Below the pieces are notes generated by a model, which saw only the letters and a program-made list of their open reading frames with translations, searched no databases and was not told where the DNA came from. Shown here piece after piece: positions 45,795 to 54,633 of a stretch of DNA of 64,000 bases (its first letter is position 1; every line of letters begins with the position of its first letter). The stretch is taken from NCBI GenBank assembly GCA_039208735.1, contig JBCCQY010000012.1, positions 30,336-94,335 on the forward strand, in the 5' to 3' direction. This DNA comes from Myxococcota bacterium. GTDB taxonomy: Bacteria > Myxococcota_A > UBA796 > GCA-2862545. The position numbers and the translations under genes were made by a program.

Positions 45795-48453
45795 AGTGGT
45801 CCCCGGTCAAATAGCCATTGGCATCGCGACCCTGCAGCTCCGCTGCAACCTCGCGGAGAATGGAAGCAAAGGCGCGTTCCAGCTTGTGAGAGGGTTCGGA
45901 CTTTTGCGTTTCGCCCTGCTTGGGCGAATTGTCGGTCTCGAGTGCACTGTCTTGCATTCGAACGTGGGGTGCCGCCTCGGGGGCTCGTCGCGATTGTGCG
46001 GTGCGGAGCAGCTCCATTAGCTCATCGGCTACTCGCTTCGCCTGTTGGTGGGTCTTGGACCATCGCACCTGTTGCGGCCGATCGGTGGACGCGGGGGTTC
46101 CGTGGGGGGCGAGGGTTTGGGTTTCGACGTCGGCCTCGGCCGCGGTTCGAGTCGCCATGCGCCGAGCGGCATCGAGCAGCCGACGCATCGCTTGTTCACG
46201 AGCCTGCGGGAGTTCGGCGGCCGCGGCAAGAAGGGCACGCTCGCGGCGCAACAAGCTGTCGAGCAAGGCGGTGGTGTCGCGCAGGGGCACCCCTCGACCT
46301 GGGCGTTCCGCGCTCTGATCGACCGTCACCTCGTCGGGGGCCTCGAGTGCCTCGGTCGGACGCGGAGCCCGACGGCGAGATCGACGTCGGTGAGGGGGAG
46401 GCGCGTCGTCGGCCGGTGCGGTGCGCCGGGGCCGAGGCTCCTCTGGGGGGCGCAAGGCTTCCAGCTGCGGCGATCCAAGGGCGATTGGCGGGGTTTCCGA
46501 AGAGAGCGCTCGCCGAGGGCGAACCCCGAGCACTCTGGTTGCGGCTTCGATATCGAGCCGAGTGGCGGCCCGGAGGGTCGACCTCGGGGGAGGGGGCCCT
46601 GCAACCTCACGAAGCTCGATGATCTCGGGCTCGGAAAGAGGTTCGAATGACCGTGGGGCCGCCCGTCTCGTCTCAACCGGAGGCATCGGGCCACGACGAA
46701 CCTCTCGCACCACCCGCGCTTCGGCCTGAAGCACGGCTCCGAGGGCGGTCCGCAATCGCTGGGGCGTCGAGGTGGGGGAGGCCCGGCGTCGGGCGCGGCG
46801 GGCCACGCGAGTTCCAGGAGGGACCGAAGGGCGAGGGCGTCGGACCGTTGAAGATCCCGCGGATGCAGGCGGTGCGGTGGTGGCTTGCGGACGGTCTTGA
46901 ACCCCCGCTGGTGCTGCGGCCGGGGGGATGACCAGCGTAGGTTCGTCGAACGCTGCCACCGTGGCGTGGGGGCGCTGGCGCCGAGGCGGGGCACCGCTTG
47001 GCTCGGACGGGGCGTCAGGGTTCCGCGCCGCGGCATTCTCCACCGGCGTCGGGCGTTCGGCTTGCCGGACCGAGCGTGCTTCGTCGAGAGGTGCGTTCGG
47101 CGAAGCTGGGGTTGCTACAATCGTTTCGGGAGCAGCCGGAGATGCGACGCCGCGACGGGGGCGCGTTCGCGTGGGCGAAGGTGAAGGCGCGAGGGCGGCG
47201 ACCTTCGGGGCCTCGGTGGGTGCGGCCCGTTCGGCCACCCGGTCAAGGGGGCGGCGGCGCTGGGGCGACGCTACGTCAGGGGTCGCGGATGCGGGACGTT
47301 CGGAGGCCACGGGGGGGCTGGCTAACGGCGCAGTGCGAATCGGCCTGGTCGTCGGGGATGGTTCGTCGGCCACCGGACGCACCGCCAGTAGGACGGGTTC
47401 CACGGCAGGGAGAGCGGGCGCAACAGGACGCGCCCTGCGGGGCCACGGACGCGGGGGAGCCGCTGCGGAAGGCCTTGAACGAGGCGGCACCGTTGGCACG
47501 GGTGATGGGGTGCGTCGAGCCAGTCGACGCCGCACCGGACTGGGGGTCGCAGACGTGATGGTGATGCGCGGCTCGGCGCTTTCGATCTGCCGCGTTCGTC
47601 GAGCCATGGAGGTTCGGCGTCGCGGGGCCACCGCATCGGTTGAGCGAATGGCTTGCGATGCGGTCGCGAGAGGGGGCGGCGGAGCCGGAGTGAGCAGCGT
47701 GGGGCGCACCCGAGGGGAAGTCGAGGGGTTGGGGGGGCTCGCTCGTACGGGTGGGGGTGCAGTGGCGGCTTCGAGGCGCTCTTCGACGCGCGCCAGGGGG
47801 CGGACCTGGAACAGCGCGGTGGCGGCGAGCTGTTGGGCAAGTCCGCGCAATAGGGCGATCAGCCGTCGGATCTCCGCCGTTCGCTCCGCGGGCCCGAGGG
47901 CCGCGAGACCATCCATCGCGGCTTGCAACGCTCGCCGTTGATCGGAGGGAAGCCGACCGGCGACCTGGCGCCACAGACTCGTGAGCACGCTGGGCAAGGA
48001 GGCAGTGGGGCGTAGGGTAAGGGGCCGACGGCGCGGTTGGGCTCGAAGGAGGGCTTGCGTGGCCGGCGGAGCCTGCCCCTTGGAGACCGGCATGACGCCC
48101 AGCAGCTCATCGTGGAGCGTCGGAATGGGCGGGAGAGGCTCTTCGACCGGCGCGTCGTTCCACAGCCATGTGAGGCGCTCGAGAACGTCGGCGAAAGGTC
48201 GAACCCCAAACCCGACCGCCCCCACCGTGCGAAGTCGCTCTCCGGGCACCGGGCCTAATCGGTCGCGGGTGAGGCGACCGAGCAATCGCCCCCGAGGGCT
48301 AGCTGGGACGGGCTCGGCGAGTGGGTCCTCACCCAAATGCGCGGCATAGGGGTCGGGAAGCCCGAGTCGTTCAAACAGCCGCAAACCAGGGCGGGGTCCC
48401 CGTGGTGCCAGGAGACGTTGGGCGATCCGTTCCGATGGCCGCTGCCTGTCCAT
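45784..48453 (-). CDS. Pro/Arg/Ala-rich low-complexity protein, candidate tape measure
   Basis: 889-aa ORF fills the gap co-directionally, has a GGAG RBS and overlaps the next start; no recognisable domain. Confidence 0.55.
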   Translation of the reverse strand: MDRQRPSERIAQRLLAPRGPRPGLRLFERLGLPDPYAAHLGEDPLAEPVPASPRGRLLGRLTRDRLGPVPGERLRTVGAVGFGVRPFADVLERLTWLWNDAPVEEPLPPIPTLHDELLGVMPVSKGQAPPATQALLRAQPRRRPLTLRPTASLPSVLTSLWRQVAGRLPSDQRRALQAAMDGLAALGPAERTAEIRRLIALLRGLAQQLAATALFQVRPLARVEERLEAATAPPPVRASPPNPSTSPRVRPTLLTPAPPPPLATASQAIRSTDAVAPRRRTSMARRTRQIESAEPRITITSATPSPVRRRLARRTPSPVPTVPPRSRPSAAAPPRPWPRRARPVAPALPAVEPVLLAVRPVADEPSPTTRPIRTAPLASPPVASERPASATPDVASPQRRRPLDRVAERAAPTEAPKVAALAPSPSPTRTRPRRGVASPAAPETIVATPASPNAPLDEARSVRQAERPTPVENAAARNPDAPSEPSGAPPRRQRPHATVAAFDEPTLVIPPAAAPAGVQDRPQATTAPPASAGSSTVRRPRPSVPPGTRVARRARRRASPTSTPQRLRTALGAVLQAEARVVREVRRGPMPPVETRRAAPRSFEPLSEPEIIELREVAGPPPPRSTLRAATRLDIEAATRVLGVRPRRALSSETPPIALGSPQLEALRPPEEPRPRRTAPADDAPPPHRRRSRRRAPRPTEALEAPDEVTVDQSAERPGRGVPLRDTTALLDSLLRRERALLAAAAELPQAREQAMRRLLDAARRMATRTAAEADVETQTLAPHGTPASTDRPQQVRWSKTHQQAKRVADELMELLRTAQSRRAPEAAPHVRMQDSALETDNSPKQGETQKSEPSHKLERAFASILREVAAELQGRDANGYLTGDHYGQ

Positions 48454-48481
48454 AAGGGCTCCGGTTTACGGTACGCAATCT

Positions 48482-48506
48482 GTTGCGCCGACTCCCTCGA
48501 CGCAAC
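48482..48506 (-). other. RNA hairpin downstream of the second sheath gene
   Basis: GUUGCGUCGA-GGGAG-UCGGCGCAAC, 10-bp stem with one G-U pair; no U tract. Confidence 0.5.
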
Positions 48507-48554
48507 GGAAATCTAAGACACAGAATGGGGGGGATTCAGCTTCAGAGTGGTGTC

Positions 48555-49733
48555 TCACTGTCCCAACCTCAGGTCGACGATGATCTGTTCGGTGGTTCCC
48601 ACGGGGCGGAGTCGCACCTGGGCGTGAACTTGCCCCGCATCCCGCACTTCGGGTGGATTCAACTCGTCGTCGCAGCGGACGAGATACTGCAGGCCATCGT
48701 CGCTTTCGGTGAGCATGCCCCCGCTCCAGACCTCATCGAGACGCACGCGAACCGTACGTTCAACCAGCTGCCAAAGCTCCGGTCGCTGTCGTTCGAACAC
48801 CAGCCATTCCGCGTCGCGACGAAGCTGCTCCGCGATGGCCGAGACAATCCGACGGGCATTGATGTAGCGCCACTTTGGGTCGCGCGACAGCGTACGAGCG
48901 CCCCACACGACCGTGCCTCGACCTGGTTGCACGAGGATGGGATTGATGTGGGTGTCGACCAGAGGTTCGATGTCGGACCAACGCAGGGCCACAGCGGGAT
49001 GTGTGATGCCGAGCACCGGTGCGTTGGCGGGAGGCCACCGCACGCCGTACGGATTGTTGGTGAGTTCGCTCCTCGCCAAGATTCCCGCAATGGCGCCACT
49101 GGGCGGTGCGTGCGTCTCGCGATTGACGATCCATGGGTAGTACAGCGCGCCGTAGGCACCGCTAAGGTCGGTCCGGTCCCGGAGCATCGACGCCCAACGG
49201 CGGAGGGGACGGTCGTGCAAGTCCCGCGGAGGGTCGATGATCAAGAATCGATGCCCGACATCGCGGCAGTGATTCAGCAATCCCCGAAGAAGAGGGGTGC
49301 TTTGGGCGCGGACTCGGCCCCGATCGTCGACGATGTAGCGTAGATACGCCAGGATCGGCATGGCCAAGATGCCGAGCGACTCTTCCCCCTTGAGGTGCTC
49401 GATGAGAGGCCCGAGTGGGTTGTCGACCGGATTGGGCTCGAGGATGTGGGTGGGGCTGCGCACGCACGCCCCAAGCAACCGGCACTGTGCGCCACCGTTT
49501 TCGAAAAACTGGCGCGCCGCTTCGATGCTGGCCGCATCGAAACTCGTATACTGAGGGTGTTCGAGCAGTTCCTGCAGCGACGTCAACGGAATGTCGACGA
49601 AGTCACCGGCCCTTGCGCCATCGGGCCAGCCGCCCGGCCCAAGCACCCCGATGAAGCCCGCGATGTCGGAGCGGACGAAGCCCGGCGGGGGAGCCGGATT
49701 GCGCGCGTGCTGGATGAGGATTCCCGGCCGCAT
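48555..49733 (-). CDS. Contractile tail sheath protein 2
   Basis: FFENGG, ALYYPWI, PPSGAIAG, PPAN, VWGARTL, WRYINARR. Confidence 0.93.
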   Translation of the reverse strand: MRPGILIQHARNPAPPPGFVRSDIAGFIGVLGPGGWPDGARAGDFVDIPLTSLQELLEHPQYTSFDAASIEAARQFFENGGAQCRLLGACVRSPTHILEPNPVDNPLGPLIEHLKGEESLGILAMPILAYLRYIVDDRGRVRAQSTPLLRGLLNHCRDVGHRFLIIDPPRDLHDRPLRRWASMLRDRTDLSGAYGALYYPWIVNRETHAPPSGAIAGILARSELTNNPYGVRWPPANAPVLGITHPAVALRWSDIEPLVDTHINPILVQPGRGTVVWGARTLSRDPKWRYINARRIVSAIAEQLRRDAEWLVFERQRPELWQLVERTVRVRLDEVWSGGMLTESDDGLQYLVRCDDELNPPEVRDAGQVHAQVRLRPVGTTEQIIVDLRLGQ

Positions 49734-49738
49734 CGCAG

Positions 49739-49912
49739 TCAGCCTCCGCGGGACTTGTTGATCTTGCCGTTGATTTCAGAGACCTCACGCACCCAGACGT
49801 GGCGCTCACGATGCGTCATGTCGAGCAAGGTCTCCTTCGACCAGTGAAAATGGTAGGCCAGGAACGCTACCTCCTTGAACACCCGTTCGAGGGGGTAGCT
49901 TACGATTCCCCC
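49739..49912 (-). CDS. DUF6760-like ORF, probable -1 frameshift extension of the tail chaperone
   Basis: EVAFLAYHFHW...HRERHVWVREVSEIN; in the -1 frame, overlapping the upstream stop, with no ATG before the conserved region. Confidence 0.75.
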   Translation of the reverse strand, partial: GGIVSYPLERVFKEVAFLAYHFHWSKETLLDMTHRERHVWVREVSEINGKINKSRGG

Positions 49913-50265
49913 AGGCGGCCGAACTCCCGTTCGAAGTGAGCGCCGCATTCAGGGCATGTGACGGTCAATACCGCCTCGTCCTCGTTGATACGGTTGTACA
50001 TCTCTTCGAGGAAGCGCAAATCGCCAGCGTACAGGCCTTCGATGACCTGTGAACTCACCTCGGAGAGTGTCCCGAGGCGTGTGATCACACGGCTCAAGAG
50101 CACGATGATGAGGTATGCGCGATTTCGCTGGACCCGAAGGTCGTTCAAGGGCGCAATTTCGTCCTTGGCCGTCGCGAGGCGCATGACGCCTTGGCGGTGG
50201 ACGTTGCCGTCCGCGTCGACGTAGCCGCGCGGCAGGGTGAACTCATACTCGGTCTTGAATTCCAT
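49900..50265 (-). CDS. Tail assembly chaperone-like CIS protein
   Basis: EFTLPRGYVD...GVMRLATAKDEI...DLRFL..Y.RIN, CPEC; directly after the tube gene. Confidence 0.85.
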   Translation of the reverse strand: MEFKTEYEFTLPRGYVDADGNVHRQGVMRLATAKDEIAPLNDLRVQRNRAYLIIVLLSRVITRLGTLSEVSSQVIEGLYAGDLRFLEEMYNRINEDEAVLTVTCPECGAHFEREFGRLGES

Positions 50266-50284
50266 CGGGCTCTTTCACACCAAA

Positions 50285-50308
50285 GCGACCGACGCAGAGG
50301 CCGGTCGC
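50285..50308 (-). terminator. Probable weak intrinsic terminator after the tube gene
   Basis: GCGACCGGC-CUCUGC-GUCGGUCGC stem followed by UUUG. Confidence 0.5.
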
Positions 50309-50317
50309 GGGGAGGCA

Positions 50318-50770
50318 TCAGACGTCGGCGCGTTCGACGCGTTCGACGGCGAGTTCGACCTTCTCGATTGCAATCGCCGAAGACTCGGAGTCCTGCTCCG
50401 GAACGGTCCACTTGCAAGGCCAAGCTTCGAAGAAGTTGTACTGCGCGACGATCGTGGTGAGGTCCTGGTCGAGCACGGTGACCGTACCCGAGCGGCGATC
50501 GATCACGCCGTCCTCGATGTTCTTCCGCCACTTCCAGAGATCGGGCGTGGAGGTGAAGCCACGCTCAAGCACGATGTTGGCGTAGGTCGTACGACCCGGC
50601 TTCTTGCGGACAACGTTGTCGTTGCCCTGCTTGAATTCGATGATTTCGGTCTCAGATTCCATCCCCGAGACCTTCTTGAAGCCCCCAAGCAGGGTCTTCG
50701 CGTCGGACGTGATGCCGCCGACCTCGAGGAGGAAGTTGTAGGAACCGAGAAATTCGTCAGTACCAGCCAT
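50318..50770 (-). CDS. Tail tube protein (T4 gp19-like, Afp1/5)
   Basis: YNFLLEV, GFKKVSG, KKPGRT.Y.NI.LERG, WPCKW. Confidence 0.95.
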   Translation of the reverse strand: MAGTDEFLGSYNFLLEVGGITSDAKTLLGGFKKVSGMESETEIIEFKQGNDNVVRKKPGRTTYANIVLERGFTSTPDLWKWRKNIEDGVIDRRSGTVTVLDQDLTTIVAQYNFFEAWPCKWTVPEQDSESSAIAIEKVELAVERVERADV

Positions 50771-50831
50771 GTTTCTTCTCTCGGACAAGGATGGAGGTCT
50801 CGGGCGATGGCTACCGTGAAACCTTCGAAAC

Positions 50832-50866
50832 CGTCCAACTCAACAGATGGCCATCTGGGTTGGACG
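50832..50866. other. Long inverted repeat between the sheath and tube genes
   Basis: cgtccaac...gttggacg arms around the perfect palindrome cagatggccatctg. Confidence 0.6.
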
Positions 50867-50880
50867 CGGCGCCAACATAC

Positions 50881-52665
50881 TCACTCTTCGATCAGTGCGC
50901 CCCCGTCCCACTGGCCGATGGAGAAGACCACGAATTCGGCGGGCTTGACGGGGCAGATGCCGACCTGAATGTTGACCTGGCCCGCGTCGATGAGGTAGCG
51001 GGGGTTGGTCTCTGCGTCACACTTGACGTAGAAGCTCTCTTCCGGCGTGGACCCGAAGAGCGCACCCGACCGCCAGACGCGAAGCAGGTAAGCACGGACG
51101 TCGCGCGTGAGCTTGCTCCACAGGAACTCGTCGTTCGGCTCGAATACCGACCACTGCAGTCCCAACATCACCGACTGTTCGACCATGATGAAGAGCCGGC
51201 GAACGTTGATGTACTTCCACTGGGGATCGGACATCGTGGCGAGGGTCCGAGCCCCCCACACGCGGATTCCGCGATCCTTGAAGATGCGGATCACGTTGAT
51301 GCCACGGTCGTTGTACTGACCCTGCTCGAGGTGGTTGATGCGCTGCGACAGCCCCGTGATGCCCATGAGGATTTCATTGGCCGGCGCCTTGTGCACACCG
51401 CGCTCTCCGTCGACACGGGCGATCAAGCCCGTCACGTGGCCCGAAGGCGGGACGAACAGCTCGTTGCGCTCAAGCTTGATGAGCTTGCGGCGAAGGGGGC
51501 CACTGACCGAGTGGTCCGGGGTTTCGCCCACAAACCAGCTCGGCTTTGTGACCTTGACCCAAGGCACGTACATCGCGCCGTAGCCCTTCTGGGAAGCGGG
51601 AATGTCGATGTCGCCCGTGCTCACGAGGGGACCATCCAGCACTGCGAAGCGGTCCTTGCGGGTCTCGCAGTGCTCGAGCATCTCACGCTGCTGGTTTGTG
51701 TTCAGACCGGCCGCCACGTGCAGCGCCATGTCTTCACAGTCGTCGAAGGCGTACAGGCCAAGCTTGTCGGCTTGATTCTCGCGGATCGATAGCTCGAGGT
51801 CCTGAACTCCGAGGAGGTAGACGTACGCCTTGCCACCGCCGTTGTCGTAAAAGCCATTGACCGACGTGACGAAGTTGAAGACGCTCGGCGTCGACAGCCA
51901 CTTGCGGAACTCGTCCTTCAGGGTGTCGTTGGACGTAAGGGCCTCGAACACAGCATCGGCGGCATCGTCGGGATCGGTGATGTCGCGACCGACGAGTTCA
52001 GCCACCGAGCGCGTTTCGACGAGGTACTGCGCGAAGTAGCTCTGCAACCAGCGGAAGAACTCGCTCTTGTTGAACACCGCGAACGGGGGCACCGAATACT
52101 CACCCATGAGCGAGGTGCCTCGGGCCGACTGGAACTGGATGCCGTAGACATCGAGCAAGTCACGGGCGGTACGGGGCCGCGGCTTGTCGATGGCGAACGT
52201 GGCCTGGACCGTGTTGAGCAAGTCATCAACAGCCTTTTCATCGGCGCTCACGACTTTGCCTTCCGTCGACAGCACCTTGGCGTCGACCTCGACCGACTCT
52301 TGGCCCACCGTGATCTTGGTCTTGCCCGCCGCACCCTTGCCGACCGTCGCCTTGTGGCCGTTGAGTTCGAGGAGCTTCTTGAGGTCCTTTATACCGCTGC
52401 GGCGAAGCCGGAATGCGGTCTGCAGCGCATTGACCGCCGCGCCGGGGTCGGCCTGCGACAGGGTTCCCTGCGAGTCGACGAGTTGGGGGACGACCTTACC
52501 CGTGACCTGCTGGCCACCGTTGGTGGCCTGAATCGCGATGGCGTCCACCTTCGATTCATGGCTGAAGAGTCCGAGGAATCCGGGGATCGAGGTGGCGACC
52601 GAAGCGATGGGCCGCGCGCCGGAGTCGACCTCACGAATGTAGACGCCTGGGGTGTGGTATTCCAT
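50881..52665 (-). CDS. Contractile tail sheath protein 1 (major)
   Basis: TPGVYIREV, FYDNGG, PPSGHV, HKAPANE, WGARTL, YINVRRL, VKPAEFV. Confidence 0.95.
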   Translation of the reverse strand: MEYHTPGVYIREVDSGARPIASVATSIPGFLGLFSHESKVDAIAIQATNGGQQVTGKVVPQLVDSQGTLSQADPGAAVNALQTAFRLRRSGIKDLKKLLELNGHKATVGKGAAGKTKITVGQESVEVDAKVLSTEGKVVSADEKAVDDLLNTVQATFAIDKPRPRTARDLLDVYGIQFQSARGTSLMGEYSVPPFAVFNKSEFFRWLQSYFAQYLVETRSVAELVGRDITDPDDAADAVFEALTSNDTLKDEFRKWLSTPSVFNFVTSVNGFYDNGGGKAYVYLLGVQDLELSIRENQADKLGLYAFDDCEDMALHVAAGLNTNQQREMLEHCETRKDRFAVLDGPLVSTGDIDIPASQKGYGAMYVPWVKVTKPSWFVGETPDHSVSGPLRRKLIKLERNELFVPPSGHVTGLIARVDGERGVHKAPANEILMGITGLSQRINHLEQGQYNDRGINVIRIFKDRGIRVWGARTLATMSDPQWKYINVRRLFIMVEQSVMLGLQWSVFEPNDEFLWSKLTRDVRAYLLRVWRSGALFGSTPEESFYVKCDAETNPRYLIDAGQVNIQVGICPVKPAEFVVFSIGQWDGGALIEE

Positions 52666-52670
52666 GTTCG

Positions 52671-53531
52671 CTAGTCCTCGCTGTCGCTGTCGGGGTCTTC
52701 GGATTCAAGGGGGCGATGGTCGTGGCCGGGGGGCCCGACGTTGTGAGGTCGAGACGACCGTGGCGCGGCCGGCTGCGACCGCATGCGCCCATTGGGGCTG
52801 ACCTCGTCTGCACGCGACGGTGCAGGCGTGAGGTCGTTTGCACGTTGGCCCCGCACGACCGCTCCAGGGCCCGAGATCATCGAACCGCGGAGCAGACACG
52901 TGGCGCGGTAGGTCACGAAAGGCCGAAACGGCGCTTCGTGGATGGTGAAGAAGTTGATTGCATCACCGATGGTGAGGTCGTCGACGAGCGCGAGCGAAAC
53001 GCGCTCCATCTTCACCTCTTCGGGGGCCGCGTCGGCGCTCCACTCTCGGCCCAGCGAATCAACGATCTTTCCGGATGGAAGCATGTATTGCTGGGGGCGG
53101 TAGAGCAGGTGGGTGGCGTCGTTCAGGCGAAGCATGACCCAGCCCAATAGCCGCTCTGCCTCACTCCGGAACTTCGCGTGGACCGCCACCGTGTAGTAGA
53201 GGAAGAGGTGCACGGGCGGCCGCTCAAAGAGCATGTCCTTGTCGTTGACCACCTTGTCGGACAGCTCAAGAGTTGATTGGGTCCACCGCTTGGCGTTCTT
53301 CATCGCGTCGTTGCGCGCTACCCGGTACATGTAGGTGTAGATCACCTTCTCCCGGTCTTTTGGGACGAAGGAGAGGTCTTCCTCGATGCGGGGTCGCGGG
53401 CCATCCGCGAGATCCCAACCGGTCAGCATCCAGGAGTGGAGGGCCTCGGTGACGTCACCGATGACCGCTTGGCCCTGGTAGGCCCCCCGTGCAAACCCCG
53501 GAGGCAGCTGCGAATGCATCGATTCGCTCAA
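52671..53531 (-). CDS. Pvc16/Afp16 (DUF4255)-like cap/terminator protein
   Basis: VIGDVTEAL, YMYRV.RN, PPVHLFLYY, LLGWVM..L.D; TTG start with GGAGG RBS; precedes the sheath. Confidence 0.75.
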   Translation of the reverse strand: MSESMHSQLPPGFARGAYQGQAVIGDVTEALHSWMLTGWDLADGPRPRIEEDLSFVPKDREKVIYTYMYRVARNDAMKNAKRWTQSTLELSDKVVNDKDMLFERPPVHLFLYYTVAVHAKFRSEAERLLGWVMLRLNDATHLLYRPQQYMLPSGKIVDSLGREWSADAAPEEVKMERVSLALVDDLTIGDAINFFTIHEAPFRPFVTYRATCLLRGSMISGPGAVVRGQRANDLTPAPSRADEVSPNGRMRSQPAAPRSSRPHNVGPPGHDHRPLESEDPDSDSED

Positions 53532-53773
53532 CGCGTCCTCCGTTGTGGTCGACCCGGTCGGCGTTCGACCGGTCCGGGCGTGAGTTCGAATGGGGTCGTT
53601 ACGAGTCGAATCAGCAATGGAGCCGGTTCACCCAGCCGGATCGGCCTGAGTTCGCGAATGGTGTGTTCACGCTGGTCGCCTTGCCCGCGTGACCAAACTT
53701 GAGTCACAAACGGGGGCTCTGGTCGAAGCGCGACCAGCCGCTTTGCCAAACTGCGCGCCATCCGCGAATCCAC
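53528..53773 (-). CDS. Possible small hypothetical protein at the head of the CIS operon
   Basis: Stop overlaps the cap gene TTG; no recognisable motif. Confidence 0.3.
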   Translation of the reverse strand: MDSRMARSLAKRLVALRPEPPFVTQVWSRGQGDQREHTIRELRPIRLGEPAPLLIRLVTTPFELTPGPVERRPGRPQRRTR

Positions 53774-53958
53774 TCCCGACGCAGGCGAGGCATCGTTATG
53801 CAGTGCGGGCGACCGGTCAAGCGACCGGAGCGGAAATCTGGGCGTCGAGGACCGACAATGAGGGTTCTCCGGGCGCTTCGATCCCTTTCATCAGTGTCAC
53901 GTGGTCTCGATGGCCCGGCACCTCGCGATCCTTCCGCAAACCCTTTATATGGGCCGCC

Positions 53959-54633
53959 ATGCAGGACCGAGGCGCGAAGTCGGGGGGCCGTCGACGACCC
54001 AGGTCGTCCCAGAACAGTGACACGGCTCGCACCCAGCTCCAAGCCCTTGCCGACCAGCTTGGCAATGATGCGATGGCGCAGCGGATCGCTCGCGGTCGGG
54101 CCACCCAAGACGACATTTTGGCTTTCGTGACGGCCCGCTTGCAGCGGGTCAGCGAGATCCAACAACGGGAAATCGCGCTGACGGTGAAGGACGGAGCCCA
54201 CTGGAAGGCGTGGCGGGCCATGGGTGATGCGGGCCTTCCCCAGACCAAGGAAGGGCATCCCACACGGTGGCGCAAGGTGGCCGAGGCCTACGAAGAGGCC
54301 CTTCGTGCTGCCACTCGGGGTGACCTGTCGCGCGCCAAACGCTTGGTCCAAGATGCGCGGGGGATCGAAGAACACGTGTTGGCCGAGACCACCGACCTCG
54401 TGCGAACCGACGACCTCGAGGATGGCGCTTCGCCCGACCCCGCTTGGCTGGCCGATGCCGTACTTTCAGCCACCCAACCCTGCGATGTTCCCTTCGAGGC
54501 GCATGAACTCGTGCGGCGAATCGTCAATGTCACGGCCGAGATGCCCAAGATGCGCGGCAAGCCCAAGCTGACCCTACCGTGGTGGGCCGAAGAGGAAGAC
54601 GAGGAAGATGAGGAGCATGAAGAGGATGGGTGA
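53959..54633 (+). CDS. Hypothetical helical protein with acidic tail
   Basis: Divergent from the CIS operon; ends WWAEEEDEEDEEHEEDG; overlaps the argE start. Confidence 0.6.
   Translation: MQDRGAKSGGRRRPRSSQNSDTARTQLQALADQLGNDAMAQRIARGRATQDDILAFVTARLQRVSEIQQREIALTVKDGAHWKAWRAMGDAGLPQTKEGHPTRWRKVAEAYEEALRAATRGDLSRAKRLVQDARGIEEHVLAETTDLVRTDDLEDGASPDPAWLADAVLSATQPCDVPFEAHELVRRIVNVTAEMPKMRGKPKLTLPWWAEEEDEEDEEHEEDG

Noticed and set aside
37573..53531. Prophage
   Set aside because: No capsid, portal, terminase, integrase or replication genes; the Pvc16-like cap and Afp15-like ATPase indicate a CIS.
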